The notes under the pieces were generated by a model, which was not told where the DNA came from, did not search any database, and was given only the letters and a program-made list of their open reading frames with translations. Positions 1 through 17,603 of a DNA stretch of 64,000 nt are shown piece after piece. The stretch is from NCBI RefSeq assembly GCF_009914755.1, contig NC_060934.1. The stretch is one strand, 5' to 3'. Source of the DNA: the human T2T-CHM13v2.0 reference genome, Homo sapiens. The position numbers were made by a program, and so were the translations under genes. Each line of letters begins with the position of its first letter. The first letter of the stretch is position 1.

Positions 1-168
<168 letters not shown>

Positions 169-1257
169 TAAAAGTGTTTCAGGAGCCTTCGTGTCTCACA
201 TTTTTAAAGCCAGGAAGTATTTTAGTTGGCTATATAACATAAATGTAAGAGAGCCAAATCCTAAGAATATGTGATCCTTTCTTATCTTCGTTGAGAAACC
301 TTTAAAATGTCTAAATAGTACAATAAATCTTTATGTTGCAACATGCTGAAATAATTTGAGTCTGCATTTCATTGTCACATAAGATTTCACAATAACAGAA
401 AATTTAATTTTAGTGTTGATCAAGAGCCTGAGTAACTAACATTGTATGACAGTACCTACTCAGAACGGATATGTACTGTTGGCATGTAAAAAAAGGTATT
501 TATCAAATATACTGGGAATCAGAAATGTGATCTGTATTTTGTAACCACAATGAACAGTTCATAAATTAATATAAACTAAAGTTAATGATGAGCTAATTAA
601 GAGGGGCAAGAAAAAAATAAGCTCTTCACATTTAATTTCTTTGCTTTTGATTTTTGGTCCAAAGGTAGAATATATTAAGATTAAGAAGAAAAACAATAAA
701 AGGTCTTGCCAGAACCCATAATAGTCATGAATATACCACAATCATCATTTCCAATAACACTCATAGAAAATACAAATATTATTGCTGAATAATATTGGTC
801 TACTTATCCTATACCCAAAATAGTGATTTTCTTTTGCTGTGCTAAATATAATTGTTGACACAAGGAGACAAGCAAGGCACATTATTAAATTTTTCATTTG
901 GACTCTTAATGAGTAACAGTTACTGATGGTATTTTTAGCTTTAAAAATAAGGCTGCTCTGAAAATTAATTGGTCTAGATTTTATACAAATGTTCAGCCTA
1001 CAATAGTATGAAATGTTCACATAATAGTATACAAAATAGTTTTGAGTCAATTGAATATGAAGATCCATTCACCAAAGCACAAGAAGTGTAACTGTTCAAA
1101 AGGTATGTACCTAAATACAATTCTTTCACTGATTTTTGTATCTATTATACTCTTCCCAAGTACATGCAGCTGTATATATGTTTTCATATATACAACTGTA
1201 TCTTACATCTTATCTACTGCTTATATCTTATCTCCAAGCTTTTTGTGGTTGTTGTTG

Positions 1258-1786
<529 letters not shown>

Positions 1787-2411
1787 CTACAAGGAAGAAA
1801 AGAAAGTTTTCTCACATTTCTCCATAGCATCATGAATTACTGAATTTTCTTTCTAGGAGAAAATTCCTCAAAATTATTCTTTAAGGTCAGTAGTCATTTC
1901 AATATATTATTATTCAATTAACTGTTGACAATTAAATGTAACAAACACTTCTGAAAAGAAGCTGGGGAATGTAACTTGGCATTTTAAAATGTTCTGAAAT
2001 ACATCATAATTAACATTGAACAGAAGTGACTAAAAATATCACAAAACTGGTTTTTAGATCAAATATTCCAAAGGTGTGATGAGTTAAATAACTTTCTGTC
2101 CACAAATGTCTTCCAACCATCCCTTTTAAGCCCCTTTCTGATTTCAGGCAGGAGTTCTCCTCTTTCACCCTATCCTTCAGAGTACCCTACAAGGGCAGCC
2201 TCCTGCTCTCCATGATGCCTGTCTAGATTCCTTCATCAAATCTTTGATGTTCTATACTCTATACTTCTGGGGACCTATCTACAGAGGGTGAGAGCTGAAA
2301 GTTATTATTCATGAGCTGATACTACACTGTGGGAGTCTGACAGCAACTGGACCTGGGACACCAGCAGAGAGGCTCTGCATAAGCAGGACTGTCCCATTCA
2401 CTGTTGGTGCC

Positions 2412-2764
2412 TGATATGGTTTGGATCTGTGTCCACACCCAAATCTCATGTTGTAATGTAATCCCCACTGCTGTAGGTGCAGCCTGTGGGAGGTGACTGG
2501 ATCATAGGGGCATTTTCCCGGGGTTTAACACCATCCCCCTTGGTGCTGTCATCACAATAGTCAGTTCTCGTGAGACCCTGTTGTTTAAAAGTGTGTGGCA
2601 CCTCGCTCCTCTCTCTCTCTTCCTCCTGCTCTGGCCATGTGAAGTGCTCAACCCTCCTCCTTTGCTTTCCGCCATGATTGCAAGTTTCCTGAGGCCTCCC
2701 CAGAGCTGAGCAGATGCCAGCATCACGCTTCCTGTACAGTCTGCAGAGCAGTGAGCCAATTAAA

Positions 2765-2800
<36 letters not shown>

Positions 2801-2855
2801 TAAATTACCCAGTTTCAGGTATTTCTTCAGAGCAGTGCAACAAGGGACTAACACA
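2412..2855 (+). mobile_element. MaLR solo LTR (MST-like)
   Basis: Starts tgatatggtttggatctgtgtcc, ends ggactaacaca; 5-bp TSD GTGCC (2407-2411 / 2856-2860); internal T30 run. Confidence 0.92.
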
Positions 2856-3645
2856 GTGCCCAAGTCAGGAGGCAGCCTTCCTGATTCTTGAAACACTTTT
2901 ACTCCAGATTCATCTTCCTTTAGAGGTCCAAAGGGCTTCCGCAGGTCATTCTAGCATTTGGAGGTTTTGCACCCCAGGGTACAGCCATCAGTGGAAGGAG
3001 AAACCATGGTCCCTGGGGGATGAGGAAAATGCTGTGGGCTGGGGATCTGCTGGAAGATGTATGGTTTGATAGGGAATTGAATGGCCTCATCCACTGAAGT
3101 TCTCAGTTCAGAATGTTCATAATGGAGTTTCCAGGATGACAGGTGCAGACATGGCAGTTGCAATGGGGCTTTCATTCAGTACATTTCCTGCAAAATGCCC
3201 TTCAGTTCTAGTGGGGGGTTATTTGCTAGGATATATACAGAACCAAAGTCAAAGACTTGGAACCAAAATGTCCATCGTTAAAAATTATAGACACTGTTAC
3301 TAATACATAACACATAAGAATGCATTATGCATGTAACAATGTGATGTATTTTTTAAAAATACAGAATATGTAGAAACATCTAAGAGTTGCTTTACTTGAC
3401 AAAAACTGAATATAAATAAGAGTTACAAACACAGGTCTTGGAGCTTCCTCCACTTCTCTTTCTAATAATATTATGGGCTTTTCTTTTTCTCCACCAAAGA
3501 TGTCTCCAATTATATTTAAATGCTTTTGCCATCTCAGAAAAGCCACATATATGCCAAAAGTGAGTTGACTTCATATTATTTCATACTGAAATGCTCACAT
3601 GAGGTGCTGTAGATGACATGGGTCAGAAGGGTATTGAATAGCTCA

Positions 3646-3918
<273 letters not shown>

Positions 3919-4748
3919 TCAGTTTTTAAAAAATCTTTTATTATACATTTTCAAATCAGTAACACTTGCTTAAATTACACTTAAGCAGAAAAAAAGTACT
4001 TTAGTCTAGTAGGGCTCTAATGTTTTCCATCACCCCCTTTTTCTTCAGAACTAATGCAATGCAATAAAATGGTGAATAAGCCAAACAATAGAAACTACTG
4101 GAATTTCATTGCACGCTACGGAGTAACCCAGCCCAGCTTCAGAACTAGAGGCGCTGGGTGGTGGCTAATGGAGCCAGGGCAGTCGATCATGTGCTATAAA
4201 AACACAATCACTGCGCCAAACACGAAAAAAGCATTTCGATGTTTTAATAAAATCCCACAATCCTGCATTAAAACACATATTGCTTCTGATAGCCTAAAAT
4301 ATTTGTGCCTCAGCAGATGGAAAACCTGGGCAGGGGGCACTGGGGTGGGCTTGGAGCTAGCTAGAGAAGACGGTACCAGCAAGTTAATTATCATCATTTC
4401 AATTTTTTGAAGAGCCAATGAGAGAATGAGATGCAGGTGTGTGAAGCAGACGCTGGACCTAGTGATATACTACATAGTTGTTGGTTTTTGAAGTAAAATT
4501 CTATCCAAATTACATGTTAAGATTCAATTAGTGGGCTGGAAGGAGGTCAGAATAAGACACTTGCAACCTTCCCTCATTCTGCAAAGCAGTGTCTACACAT
4601 TTTATAGAAATGAAGCAAATCCAGGTTACTAAAAAATTAGAGGTGAAGATTAACAATAATTACCAACCAAATTATTACCTTTTCATCTGTTTCAAATATT
4701 ATTATGATAATTAAAATACACTTCAAATGGAGAACTCTCAGTTGTCTA

Positions 4749-4913
<165 letters not shown>

Positions 4914-7695
4914 TTAATGAAAAGGAGTTTAGAAAAGCCCACATCAGCCACCTTAAGGAAAATACTAAAAAAGAAATCAAGGGTATTTAATTAGTTTTTT
5001 CAACAGGATTTAAAAATGTATTTAAAAAGCAAATTAGCTAATAAAATACAGTAAGCTGTTATAAATCCAGATTTTCCACTGTTATTAAAATTATATTGAT
5101 TTGAAGATGGGTTAAAAAGTTAATTGCATTGTATGTCTCTGCTATTATTTGCTATTTTGAAGGCTCTCTAACCTGATACAAGAGTGCTATTTAAACTCCT
5201 GAGGAAAAAAACCTTTTTTTTTTTTTTGCAAATAATATGCTTATTATCTTTATTGATCTTCATTCATTAAAGCAAATCTATTAACCACTAAGTTGTTAGA
5301 TAAACTCTGAAACTGTTTGACTCTCTTCTTCTCATGGGACATAGTGGGTATGCCATCAAAGTTTTGTTTTACCAGCCAAGTGAAGCCAAATACTTCTGTG
5401 TGCTACTCATTCCTCCTTTGCAAAGTCATAAATAGCATCATCTTAGAATACTATTGAACTTCTAACCTTTCAGTAATCTTGCCTAATTATTTATTAACGA
5501 ACTAAAATGGAGCAGAAAATATAGGATTCATTAAAACGACAACATGAACAAAGCCCAAGGCACTCCAGTGCTGACATGGCAAATGTAAACCCACTACAGG
5601 CCATCCTTCCTGCAGATCCCAACTAAAAACTATGGATGCCAAGAAACTACCCGAACACTTTGAAAATAAGTAAAGCAGGTAGACTGTAGAGGGGAGTCAA
5701 ACTGCACGGGGAGGAGTTTAACTCTATTTTCCTCTTAGCTTTGCCCCAAGGGTGGGAATCCTTCGCAGAGCAGCATGGTAGAATCTGCAGCAAAATGCCA
5801 AGAGAAGCCCTAACGTTCTGGTGCAAAGAACTTGGGACGGGGGGTAGAAAAAGTCCTTGTGGGCTGTAAAGTGTGGAGGAAATCCAGGAGAGAAGAAAGC
5901 TGGAGAAGAAAATACTTCACTTCTGTGTATGAGTCAACAATAGTCTAAGAATCCTCTCTGTGCTACACACATGTAGTTCAAACTCAAACCAGCACGGCAA
6001 AGGCCTTATGAACTGAGAGTGGAATGTACAGGTTTCAGCCTAACCCCTGAAAAAGAGTATCGCAAAACATATCTAAGCCAATGAAGAAAAGGCTTAAAGA
6101 ACTGAGCTGAGATCTGAACCATGCACACAAGTCTTAGACTAATCCTTGCATCCTAACAGACCCAAATCAATATAACAAAGGTGAGATAAAAGAAGCTGGC
6201 AGCTAAAATAAAAACATCAACATTCTCCCGAATATGGTAACAAGACCTAGTGTTAATACAACATTATATTCACAATGTCCAAAATGCAATCTGAAATTAT
6301 TCAACATGAAAGAACCAAAAACAAAAAAAAACAAAACAAAACAAAAAAAACACCAATTTTCAAGGGGAAAGATAACAGATAGCAACCCTGAATGACCTGG
6401 AAGTTAGATTAGACATAAGTCTTTCAAACAGGTACCATAACTAAGCTTGAAAAGGTAAGAGAAAATATACTTGAATTGAACAAAAATATAAATTCTTAGC
6501 AGAAGAACAGAAACTATAAAGAAAAAAACAAATAGAAATTGTAGAAATGAAAAATAAAAATATCCAACAGAAACAAATCACTAGATGGGCACAATAACAG
6601 AATGACAGAAAGAAAAGCCAGTGAACTTGAAGACAGAACAATAAAATTATATAATCTAAACAACAACAACAACAACAAGATTTAAAAAATATAGATAGAA
6701 CTCCAGGGACCTATGAGAAAACACATATGTCATAGGAGTACTAGAAGGAGAGGAAAAAAGAGATTGGGGCAGAAAAATATGTTTGAAGAAATAAAGGCCC
6801 CAAACTTCTATAATTTGGTGAAATACATAAACTTACCAATTTCAGCAGCTCAGCAAATCCCAAACAGGATACACTCAGAAGGGAAAAATTATGCCTAGAC
6901 ACATTATAATCAAACTATTAAAAGCCAAAGATAAATAAAAAATCTCAAAGCAGCTAGGAAAAAACACTGAACACATAAGTGAATAATGATTTAAACTGTC
7001 ACAGATTTCTTATTATAAATCATAAAAATAAGAAATCAATGAAATAATATCTTTAAAGCACTAAAGGAAAATACTTAATCAAAATGTGTTTCAAGAATAA
7101 AGGCAAAATAAAGACCTCCTCAGATGAAGAGAAACTAACAGAATTCACAGCCGACTGTTCAAAAAAAATATTCAAGGAAGTTTTTTAGGCTGAAGATAAA
7201 TGATAAAAAGGAAACTTTTATATTCAGGAATGAGGAAAGAACAAATAATTGTGTAAATGTAAACGTCTACTTTTTTCCTGTTAAGTTCATTAAGATATAT
7301 ATGACTATTTTAAAGAAAAGTTATAATATTGTCTGATAGTTTTCAATGTATGCAAATGTAATACATTTGACACCTAAAACAAAAAGATTAGGCTGGGGGA
7401 AAGGGTCTTAAATGGCTGCCAGGTTTCTGTATTTTATGTGAAATGACACCAAGTTAAACTGCAAGCAGGTCATGAATGGTTAGATATGCATACATTAATA
7501 TTCAGAGCAACCAGTAAAAAGCTAATCCAGAGATACCACCAGAGAGTCAACAAGTAGATTAAAATGGAAATTAAAAAACACTAAAATAATCCAAAAGAAG
7601 GCAGAAAAAGAAGAAAAATACAATAAAATACAGAAGAGACAAACAGAAAACAAATAATAAAATAGTAGCTTAAATTCAATCATTTCCATAATAGT

Positions 7696-7697
<2 letters not shown>

Positions 7698-7749
<52 letters not shown>
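7698..7749. repeat. (CA)n microsatellite, about 25 units
   Basis: Seen directly. Confidence 0.98.
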
Positions 7750-7750
<1 letters not shown>

Positions 7751-8345
7751 AAAGGTTGGCTTTAACATTAGAAAAGCAGTAGAATTCACAGCATTAAGAG
7801 AATAATGGCAGACAAAACAATCATCTCAACGTATGCAAAGAAAGCATTTTTTAAAAACTTCGACACCATTCACAACAGTCTCAGCAAACTAGGAGTAACA
7901 AGAATGTCCTCAAACTGATAAAGTCAACGTTATATTAATGGTAAAGGATGGAGCTGTTTTCCCCTGAGATCAGGAGCAAGGCAAGTTTGCTAAGTAACAA
8001 CATGAAAAATAACTCGAAATGGGTCAAGACCTAAATGTAAAACCTAAAACTGTAAAACTTCGAGAAGAAAACAGGAGAATGTCTTTGCAACCTTGAGATA
8101 GCAAGGAACTTTTACATAGAACAGAAAAATTACAAAACATAAAAGAAAGATTGATAAATTAGATTTCATCAAAATTAAACACTTTTGCTTTTTAAAAGAC
8201 ACCATTAAAAAAAAAATGAAAAGGTCAGCCACAGACTGGAAGAAAATATGTGTAACACATTTATCAGATGAAGGACATGTATCCAACAGTATGTAAAGAA
8301 CTCTCAAAACTCAGTCACGAGACAAACAGTCCAGTTTTTAAAAAT

Positions 8346-8646
<301 letters not shown>

Positions 8647-8681
8647 TCAAAAGATTTGAACACGCACTTTACCAAAGAAGA

Positions 8682-9008
8682 TCGGGGGTCCCCAATCCCC
8701 AGGCCACACCAGTCTGTGGCCTGTTAGGAACCAGGCCACACAGAAGGTGAGCGACAGGCAGGCAAAGGAGCATTACCACCTGAGCTCCTCCTGTCAGATC
8801 AGCAGCGGCATTAGGTGCACAAACCGAATTGTGGACTGCACGTGTGAGAGACCTAGATTGGGTACTCCTTATGAGAATCTAATGTCTGATGATCTGAGGT
8901 GGAACAGTTTCATCCTGACACCATCCCCTCCTGCCCTGTCTGTGGAAAAACTGTCTTCTGTGGTTCTGTGAAACTGGTCCCTGATGCCAAAAAGTTTGGG
9001 GACCGCTG
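8682..9008. mobile_element. MER1-like hAT-Charlie non-autonomous DNA transposon
   Basis: Terminal inverted repeats gggggtccccaa ... ttggggaccgctg; internal ggcctgttaggaacc and gatgatctgaggtggaacagtttcatcc. Confidence 0.8.
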
Positions 9009-11249
9009 CATAAAATTATGCTAGTCATTAGTTAATGCAAACTGAAGTATGAGATACCACTACGTACTTACTACATTGACAAAAGTTTAGAAGACTGACT
9101 ACACCAAGTGTTGGCAAGGATGTGAAGCACCTGGAGCTCACATACGCTACTAGAGGTTTGTAAGATGGTATAACCACTTTGGACATCAGTTTAGTAGTTT
9201 CTCAAAAAATTAAACCGTATGGCCTCAGCATTCCACTCCTACATAGTTGGCCAAGAGAAACAAAAACATATTTGTCAAAAGACTTGTACAAAAACCTTGT
9301 AATAACTTTATTTATAATAGCCAAAAATAGGGGTAGAGGAAGAAACCCCTAAATCCTCATCAACAGGTGCATGGATAGACAAATTGTAGTAGTTCTATAC
9401 AATGGAATGCTATTCAGCATGAAAAGGGATGAAAAAGAATGAATTATTGATGTAGGAGACAACATGGGTGAATCTTACATTCATTATGCTGAGTGGAAAA
9501 AGTCTGGCAAAGAAAAAAGTGGATGCATACTGTATAATCCTATTTAGATAACATACTAAATCATTCCAAATAATCTATTGTGACAGAACGCAGATCAGTG
9601 TTGCCTGGGAACAGGGTGGAAGACTGGATTACCAAGGGCACAAGGAAATTTTTTGAGATGGAAACATTCATTATGTTGACTGTGCTGATGTTTTCACATG
9701 TGTACGCAGATGCTAAAACTGATGTAATTGCACATTTTAAATATGTGCAGTTTATTCCAATTACATCTTGATGTTATAAAAAAGAATCTGAGAAGTACGG
9801 AAAATGTAACTTAATAGAAAAAGTAATGAATTTATAAAATCCAACTAATTTAAGTTATATCCCAAAGCTTAATTCCCTTTTATTTAGTTAGCAAGAATAT
9901 TTTAATACAATGCTCAGATCTCTTGAAACAGTTTTTCATACCTGTTCTGCAGGTGGTGCACCAAGAGGTAGTGCTAGTCTTTAAAATGAAATGTCACACT
10001 CTTTACAGGAATAGCATGAAGTACTGGTGCACTGTCTTCTAAACTGGTACATTGTACTCTATCACAAACACTAAAGTTTTGCAGCAGAAAAATACCCTAC
10101 TGAGGGTATATAACACGATTAATATCCAAAAACATGAGATATATTAAAATTAGTATAATGCCCTGCTTTGGAGTTTAGGCTTAATATTCATTCATTACTT
10201 AATCAGTTGTGTTGTTGCTATTTGCTAGTGTGTTCCTTTAGCAAATAGTAAGCCTAAGTAAAAAGTATTGTTGAAAATCAAATTGAGAATTTTCTGTGCA
10301 TTGATTTCTTTCTTACGGACAGAGAAAAGATTGTTTTTATTCAATTATGATGGCAGGACACTTTGGTTGAAAATCTGCAACACATGGTTGAAAGATCACT
10401 TCCCTGACACACGGCATCCCACAGCAGGGTTAAAATACTTTTAGAACCACATCAAGGGGTAATTGAACAAGACATTTATGACACTGCCACATGCATTTAA
10501 AAGGTAATGTGTCTACAACCAAATTGTTTGCTTATCATAATCAACCTGAATTACCTAGGTCTGATGTTATTTTACTGACAAAGAATGTCAGTGCCTAATT
10601 GTAATGAGTTCCACAGGAACCTCATGAACTCATTCACAACAAGGAATACTGAATAAGAGATCTGAAATTCTTATGTGAAGGAGATTCCAAGGGAAAGATG
10701 TGCATATTACCCACAAGGCAGGCACGACTCCATCACAGCTCACTGAGTACCCACTATGTATACCAGTTAAGGCAAAATAGAAAACAAAATAGGAGCCCTC
10801 TTCCCATGTCCCCAAAATATCCCAAAATAGCTGTCCTGGGGAGATACGGAAAAAAAGTTTAAACTGGTACCCTAGTTATAATGCCTTTTTTTTATTTTTA
10901 AAGAAAATTCAAGTGAAGTATTGTATGGACAAACAAGTTGTCTAGAACATGGATGCTTTAAAACCTACAAAAACACAAAAACTGCAATATACATCTTTCT
11001 GAGAACCACAGAAAGTGATTAATAGATGTGGTTGACTTAGAATGCCCAAATTCTAGACTACAGAGATTTTGGAAGCTATCAAATATTTGATGTCTACCAT
11101 AATAATTTTTGTTACCTATTTTATTTTAATTTAATGTACAAGAGACCCTTTTGACTGGTTGTATTAATAGTCATTCAGATTTATTGATGATAACCTATAC
11201 AGCCTTAAAACAATGTTGATGTTGCTTTTCAAGGAGGAAATTTCCCACA

Positions 11250-11385
11250 GGCTGGGCATGTTGGCTCACAACTATAATCTCAGCACTTTGGGAGGCTGAG
11301 GCAGGAGGATCATCTGAGGCCAGGAGTTTGAGATTAGCCTGGGCAACATAGTGAGACTCCATCTCTACAATCAATCAATCAATAA
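11250..11385 (+). mobile_element. Alu left monomer (FLAM-like) with (TCAA)n tail
   Basis: Monomer only; TSD gaaatttcccacag / gaaacttcccacag. Confidence 0.85.
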
Positions 11386-11559
11386 GAAACTTCCCACAGA
11401 GGAGCAAAAGACAGAAAGCAAGGGTTTCAGCCACCACTTTCTTGAAAAGCAACTTTGAATGTTTAATATTATTACATGGATAATTTTTAAACATTTCATA
11501 TAGCTCATTCAGCCACTTTAGCTCGAGTACCTGATTTAGCATCCATTTAAATAATGTTT

Positions 11560-12335
11560 TTAAATTAAAGTAATTACAAATTCACAAGTAGTTACAAAAA
11601 TAGTACAGACAGGTCCCATGTAAAATCACTCAGCTTCCTCTTGAAATATTTACATAACTATAGCACTTTAGGAAAACCAGAAAATCAGCAAACTACAGTT
11701 AAACTATTATTTCTTTTTAACATTTAAAGCCTGAGTATTATACAATAACTGATATATATACACATAAAAGTGTTTAACACCCCCATGTAGCCAGCACTCT
11801 AACAAGAAGCAGAAAATTGCTAGCACTCCAGAATCACCTCTTGAGTTCCTGTTCTAACCCAAATCCTTGAGATTTCTAACAGCACACATGAATGTTGCCT
11901 TTATTGCAATTATAAAAATGAAATCACGCTGCCTCATTCATTCTCTTGTGTCTGCCTCCTTTTGTTCAACACATTTGCGGGATTCATTCTTATTGTTGCA
12001 TGTAGTTGAAGATTGTTCATTCTCATTGCTTTACAGTATTCCATTGTATGCATATACTATACTTTGTATGCATATACTATACTTTACTTCTCCATTTTAC
12101 TTATTCATTCAAATGATAAGCATTTGAGTAGTTTCCAGTTCTGAGCTCTTATGAATAATGACTAAGAATAGCTCAGTACGTGTCTTTTGGTGAACGTACT
12201 TATGCATTTCCATTGGGTGTGCAGTAGGAGCGGAATTGCTGGGTCAAGGGTATGTGTTTGCTCAGCTTTAGTGGATACTGCTACTTAGTTTTCCAAAATG
12301 ATTGTGTTAATTTACATTCCCATCAGCAATGTGCA
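11560..12335 (-). mobile_element. L1M 3' fragments, antisense to + strand
   Basis: cattctcattgct...gtattccattgtatg, gtagtttccagtt, ggaattgctgggtca, ttacattcccatcagcaatgt. Confidence 0.75.
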
Positions 12336-14089
12336 GGAGTTCCTTTGCTCCATAACTTTTTCTGGTGGATATGTAATACATGCTTTCAAAAAGAGAATTA
12401 TAGAAATAAACATCAAACAATACTGGTGGTATAAGCAAAGCAATCATTTTTCTCCAATATTCAAGATTCTGCCCAAAGTATTTTACAAAGCAAAACTACC
12501 TGAAATTCTAAAATTACTCTTAAAATATATTCTTCTTTAATTAATTAAATCACGCTGGTTTGATGCGGTATTTTCCAAACATGCTATAAATACAGATACT
12601 TGGGCATATCTTTTTATAGAACTCCATGAGAATCTTATCATCAGGCAAGCCAGTGAAACATTACTATATGAAGACATTTTGACATTGATATCTGTCTAAA
12701 AGTAAATCAGAGTGAAAAATAACTACTTTGGGGATTTCTTTGGAGAGTCCCAGTCCCACAACCTTTCTGTAATATTGTCAACTTCTATAACAACTTCAGA
12801 GGCAAACATTTAAACAGCTGGGTAAATTGAGGCTAAAGTATGTTTGTTGCCCTAGGTCCTTCCATAATATCACATCTCTCATAGGGAGTTACATGGGATA
12901 GATTGGCTTATGGATATTTCTCATCTTCAAAAGAAGTCAGTTTTGACTACTTACTGGAATACAACAAAGATAGTCTGTAGTTTTAAAGGATTGCTAGTGT
13001 TAATATAGGAGGAAGAACATGAGAACTGGTATCAAAAAAAACTTGGTTTCGAATCCAAGTGCACCTATCATCTATGGAACTCAAGTCAACATATCCTTTC
13101 TATCCCTATCTCCTTCTCTGTGAAATAGAGATAATATCAACCATCTTATACTTGACTGGGAAGGCTACAAAAATTAAGACAAACAAAGGAGATGAATACA
13201 CAGTAGGAAGTTTAAAAATTCGTTTTTTTTTCTTTGTAATCTGTTTTTGCATCTTCTAGGTCTCTTCTATAATTGCTCACCTGTAAGCTTAAAAATTATT
13301 TTGTAAAATTTTCTAATAACTTATATATTGCAATTCAGCTTTTGTAATTGAGGTGAATAATTACAGGCAAAAAAAATGTCTAGTTCCACATTTTCATTAA
13401 CTTTCATCTCTGTTGGTAGAAAGCAGCAGTCCTATAACTTGTGACTGAAAATGATTACAAGCAATAATTTAGAAAAATGTAAAAAGAAGGAACTTGAGGT
13501 CACAGAAAACTATAATTTTAAAATAAAGTTGAACTCTTCCAAAACTAGAGAACATCGCTAAGGGCAATATACAAGTAAATTTTTTAAAACAGTACTAAAA
13601 CTGCTTGAAAAAAGCCAACATTTCAATTTAGCCTTTTAGACAGCTTTCTATTATCAACATATTAAGTAGTCAAATGGCCTTTATTCTGCAGATCAAAATG
13701 TTTCAAGCATCACATTTTATTTGTAAGAATGCCTATGAAAACCACTTTTATAAAAATAAATCTAATTCTGTGTACTGAAAAGAAGCTTACCATATTTAAA
13801 CTATATAGCCATGAAAAGCCCATTTAACATCATCTGCCAATTACTACATATAAAAAGTAATTAAGAAAGGTTTATATTATAATTAAGTCTCCTTCAGCTC
13901 TCTGTGATTTGATTCTTCTAATCTTAAAGCTGGTGAAAAACTCTGGAAAACATTAGCACTTATTTTAGGAAACAGAATTGTTAGACTTTTATTTAGAAGA
14001 AAATTTGTAAGTAATAATTTGATGTCATATGTGTACTAAAATTCATCATAAAAACCTAAGAGTAGGGAAGCTGTGATTAACAAATATTC

Positions 14090-14270
14090 TGCCAAAAATC
14101 TGTGTAATTTAGCGCAAATCCCTTAACCATTTTTGCCTTGGTTTCCTCCTCTGTAACATGGGGATAATGTCACTATATACTTCTTGGGGCAGCTGGGAGG
14201 TCTAGATGAGTGAGTGCTCAGAACAGTGCTTGATACCATACGTGCTTGGTAAGTACTAAGCAATCATTAT
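14090..14270 (+). mobile_element. MIR
   Basis: cttggtttcctcctctgtaacatggggataat core. Confidence 0.65.
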
Positions 14271-14274
14271 TAAC

Positions 14275-14863
<589 letters not shown>

Positions 14864-14936
14864 TTAAAATAATTTTTTAAAAATTTAAAATTATCGTAAG
14901 TGTAGTCATAGGAACACTGAGTAGCGCAGAACTCAC

Positions 14937-15017
14937 GGGGCACTGTCACGCCATAGTGCTGGGTGTCACTGATCAGCAGCTTTCGTTTCAGTTCATTCAG
15001 CCCTACTCCCACGGGAC
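14937..15017 (-). CDS. MPP7: MPP7 coding exon (81 nt, phase 1/1): GUK N-terminus (G)[26 protein letters not shown](H)
   Basis: tttttcag|GTCCC acceptor and CCCC|gtgagt donor; contained in ORF 14842..15111. Confidence 0.98.
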
Positions 15018-15280
15018 CTGAAAAACAGGGTAACAGAAATTCATTATTGGACAAAACACCACATAAACATTTCTGTAACTGACATGAGTCTCTAAGACAG
15101 ACTGAAAACATGGATCCAGCTTTGCATCCTAAGTAAAGAGATTATTTTCTGTTAACTTGAACTTAAGAAAATGCTAGATTTCTTTTGTTGCTTTTTTACT
15201 TTTTCAATTGAAATCCTCACCTTTTCCTCAAAAAGGATAGAAAGATTTATGTTTAAATGAGATATGTTCTAGAGTATTTA

Positions 15281-15635
<355 letters not shown>

Positions 15636-17101
15636 TCAATTGCATAATGCAGATAGTGAAAATGTCAATTTTAAATGTTTTTAAGTGTTAATAAAACAAA
15701 ACCTTTCACCCTGACTTTATTTGGGATGCAAATTCAGTTACGCATTTTACATCTGCTAAACAATCAGCCACATTTACATGTGCTGAGACCTTTTCCTGTA
15801 CTATAGACTTCCTTAAGCATTTGAAAACTTGCCTAGACCTTACACACTTTACTCAATCAATGTATACACACTGGACATATATAAGGAGCAAGGCATACAG
15901 TAGATTCTGCGGACAACAAAAGATGACAAATTGACTCTGATCTTAAAGAAAGTCACCGGTTAATTATGAGTCCGGGACCAGAAAAACAAAAAACAAAGAG
16001 CAGTTTCAAATATGAGTCTGAAATCAAAAGTTAGACAGGCATAAGTCCCCCCTTTCCAGCATTGCTTTCCACCTAAAAGCTTCTCACAATGCTGCCATCA
16101 GGGTCCATTTAAGGATGGTGTGGTTCAGCGGGTGACACAAGCTACCACACTGCCCTCAGGTAGAGTCCCATCTCTTCCCATCTGCTATGCCCTCACCTGG
16201 TGACACTGGAAGGCAAAGCCAGGGGCGTAATTAGATTTCATTTTATTTCTAAAAGTGTGCCTGTTCCTTTTCCTTCTTGGGCAGAATGAATGAGAACTGA
16301 GAACGCATGCACAGTGGCTAGCACAGTGTCCAGGTACTTGACTGTTCACTGCCTTGCCTATGTCTTCTTCCACCCTGAGGAGGTCACAGGAGGCTTTGAA
16401 AGAATAAGGTTTTACACCATACAATGGAGAACATGCAGGTGTAAAGAGAAGTAGGGTGGGCATCCCAGGTGGAGGGAAAAGGATGAGCAAAGACAAAGTG
16501 GGGGAAGTTGGGGACTGTGCTGTTCTTGCTCTAATGCCATTTCTAGGTCCCTGACCCTTGTATAAAAACACCTGTCCCGAGGTGGTCATTCACTACCACC
16601 TTCAACCTTTCTCCACACTGCTGTCCAGTATCAATTCTCTGGCAACTTTCCCTTTTCTGTAAGACAGCAACTCTCAATTCTCCCTCTTATAATAAATATG
16701 CCATAATACCCCATTTATATCCTGAAATGGAATTAATTGCTAATATAACTTATCGACATAATTCTCCCTTCCAAATTAATACATTGACCTAACTAAAAAT
16801 AATATATGAAAGGAGAAAAAATAATTTATAATAAAGCAATATGTATTTCAATATGTAAATTCTTGGCATGACTAGAGCAGAAAACCTAACCAAGTCAGAT
16901 GTTTGCACCTACTTATAATAAATAAGTTTGGATTTAAAAGATCAGGAGCTATTCTGCACAAGAAAGAACAGGAAAACAAAAGCCCAGTGGTACATGTAAA
17001 TCCAGGAATAAGAACTAGCATTTGGATAGAAACCACAGATCAGACTTCCTTGAATATGATAAGGAAAGAAGGAAACAACTAAGGATAGCATGTCAAGGCT
17101 A

Positions 17102-17603
<502 letters not shown>

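Noticed and set aside
4310-4396. Minus-strand ATGATGA...CTGA pair in a short intron
   Set aside because: No terminal stem or recognisable guide; such motifs are expected by chance.
16660-16930. Possible hAT/MER20-type relic, perhaps continuing near 17630-17720
   Set aside because: Too degraded to name or bound without a Dfam search.
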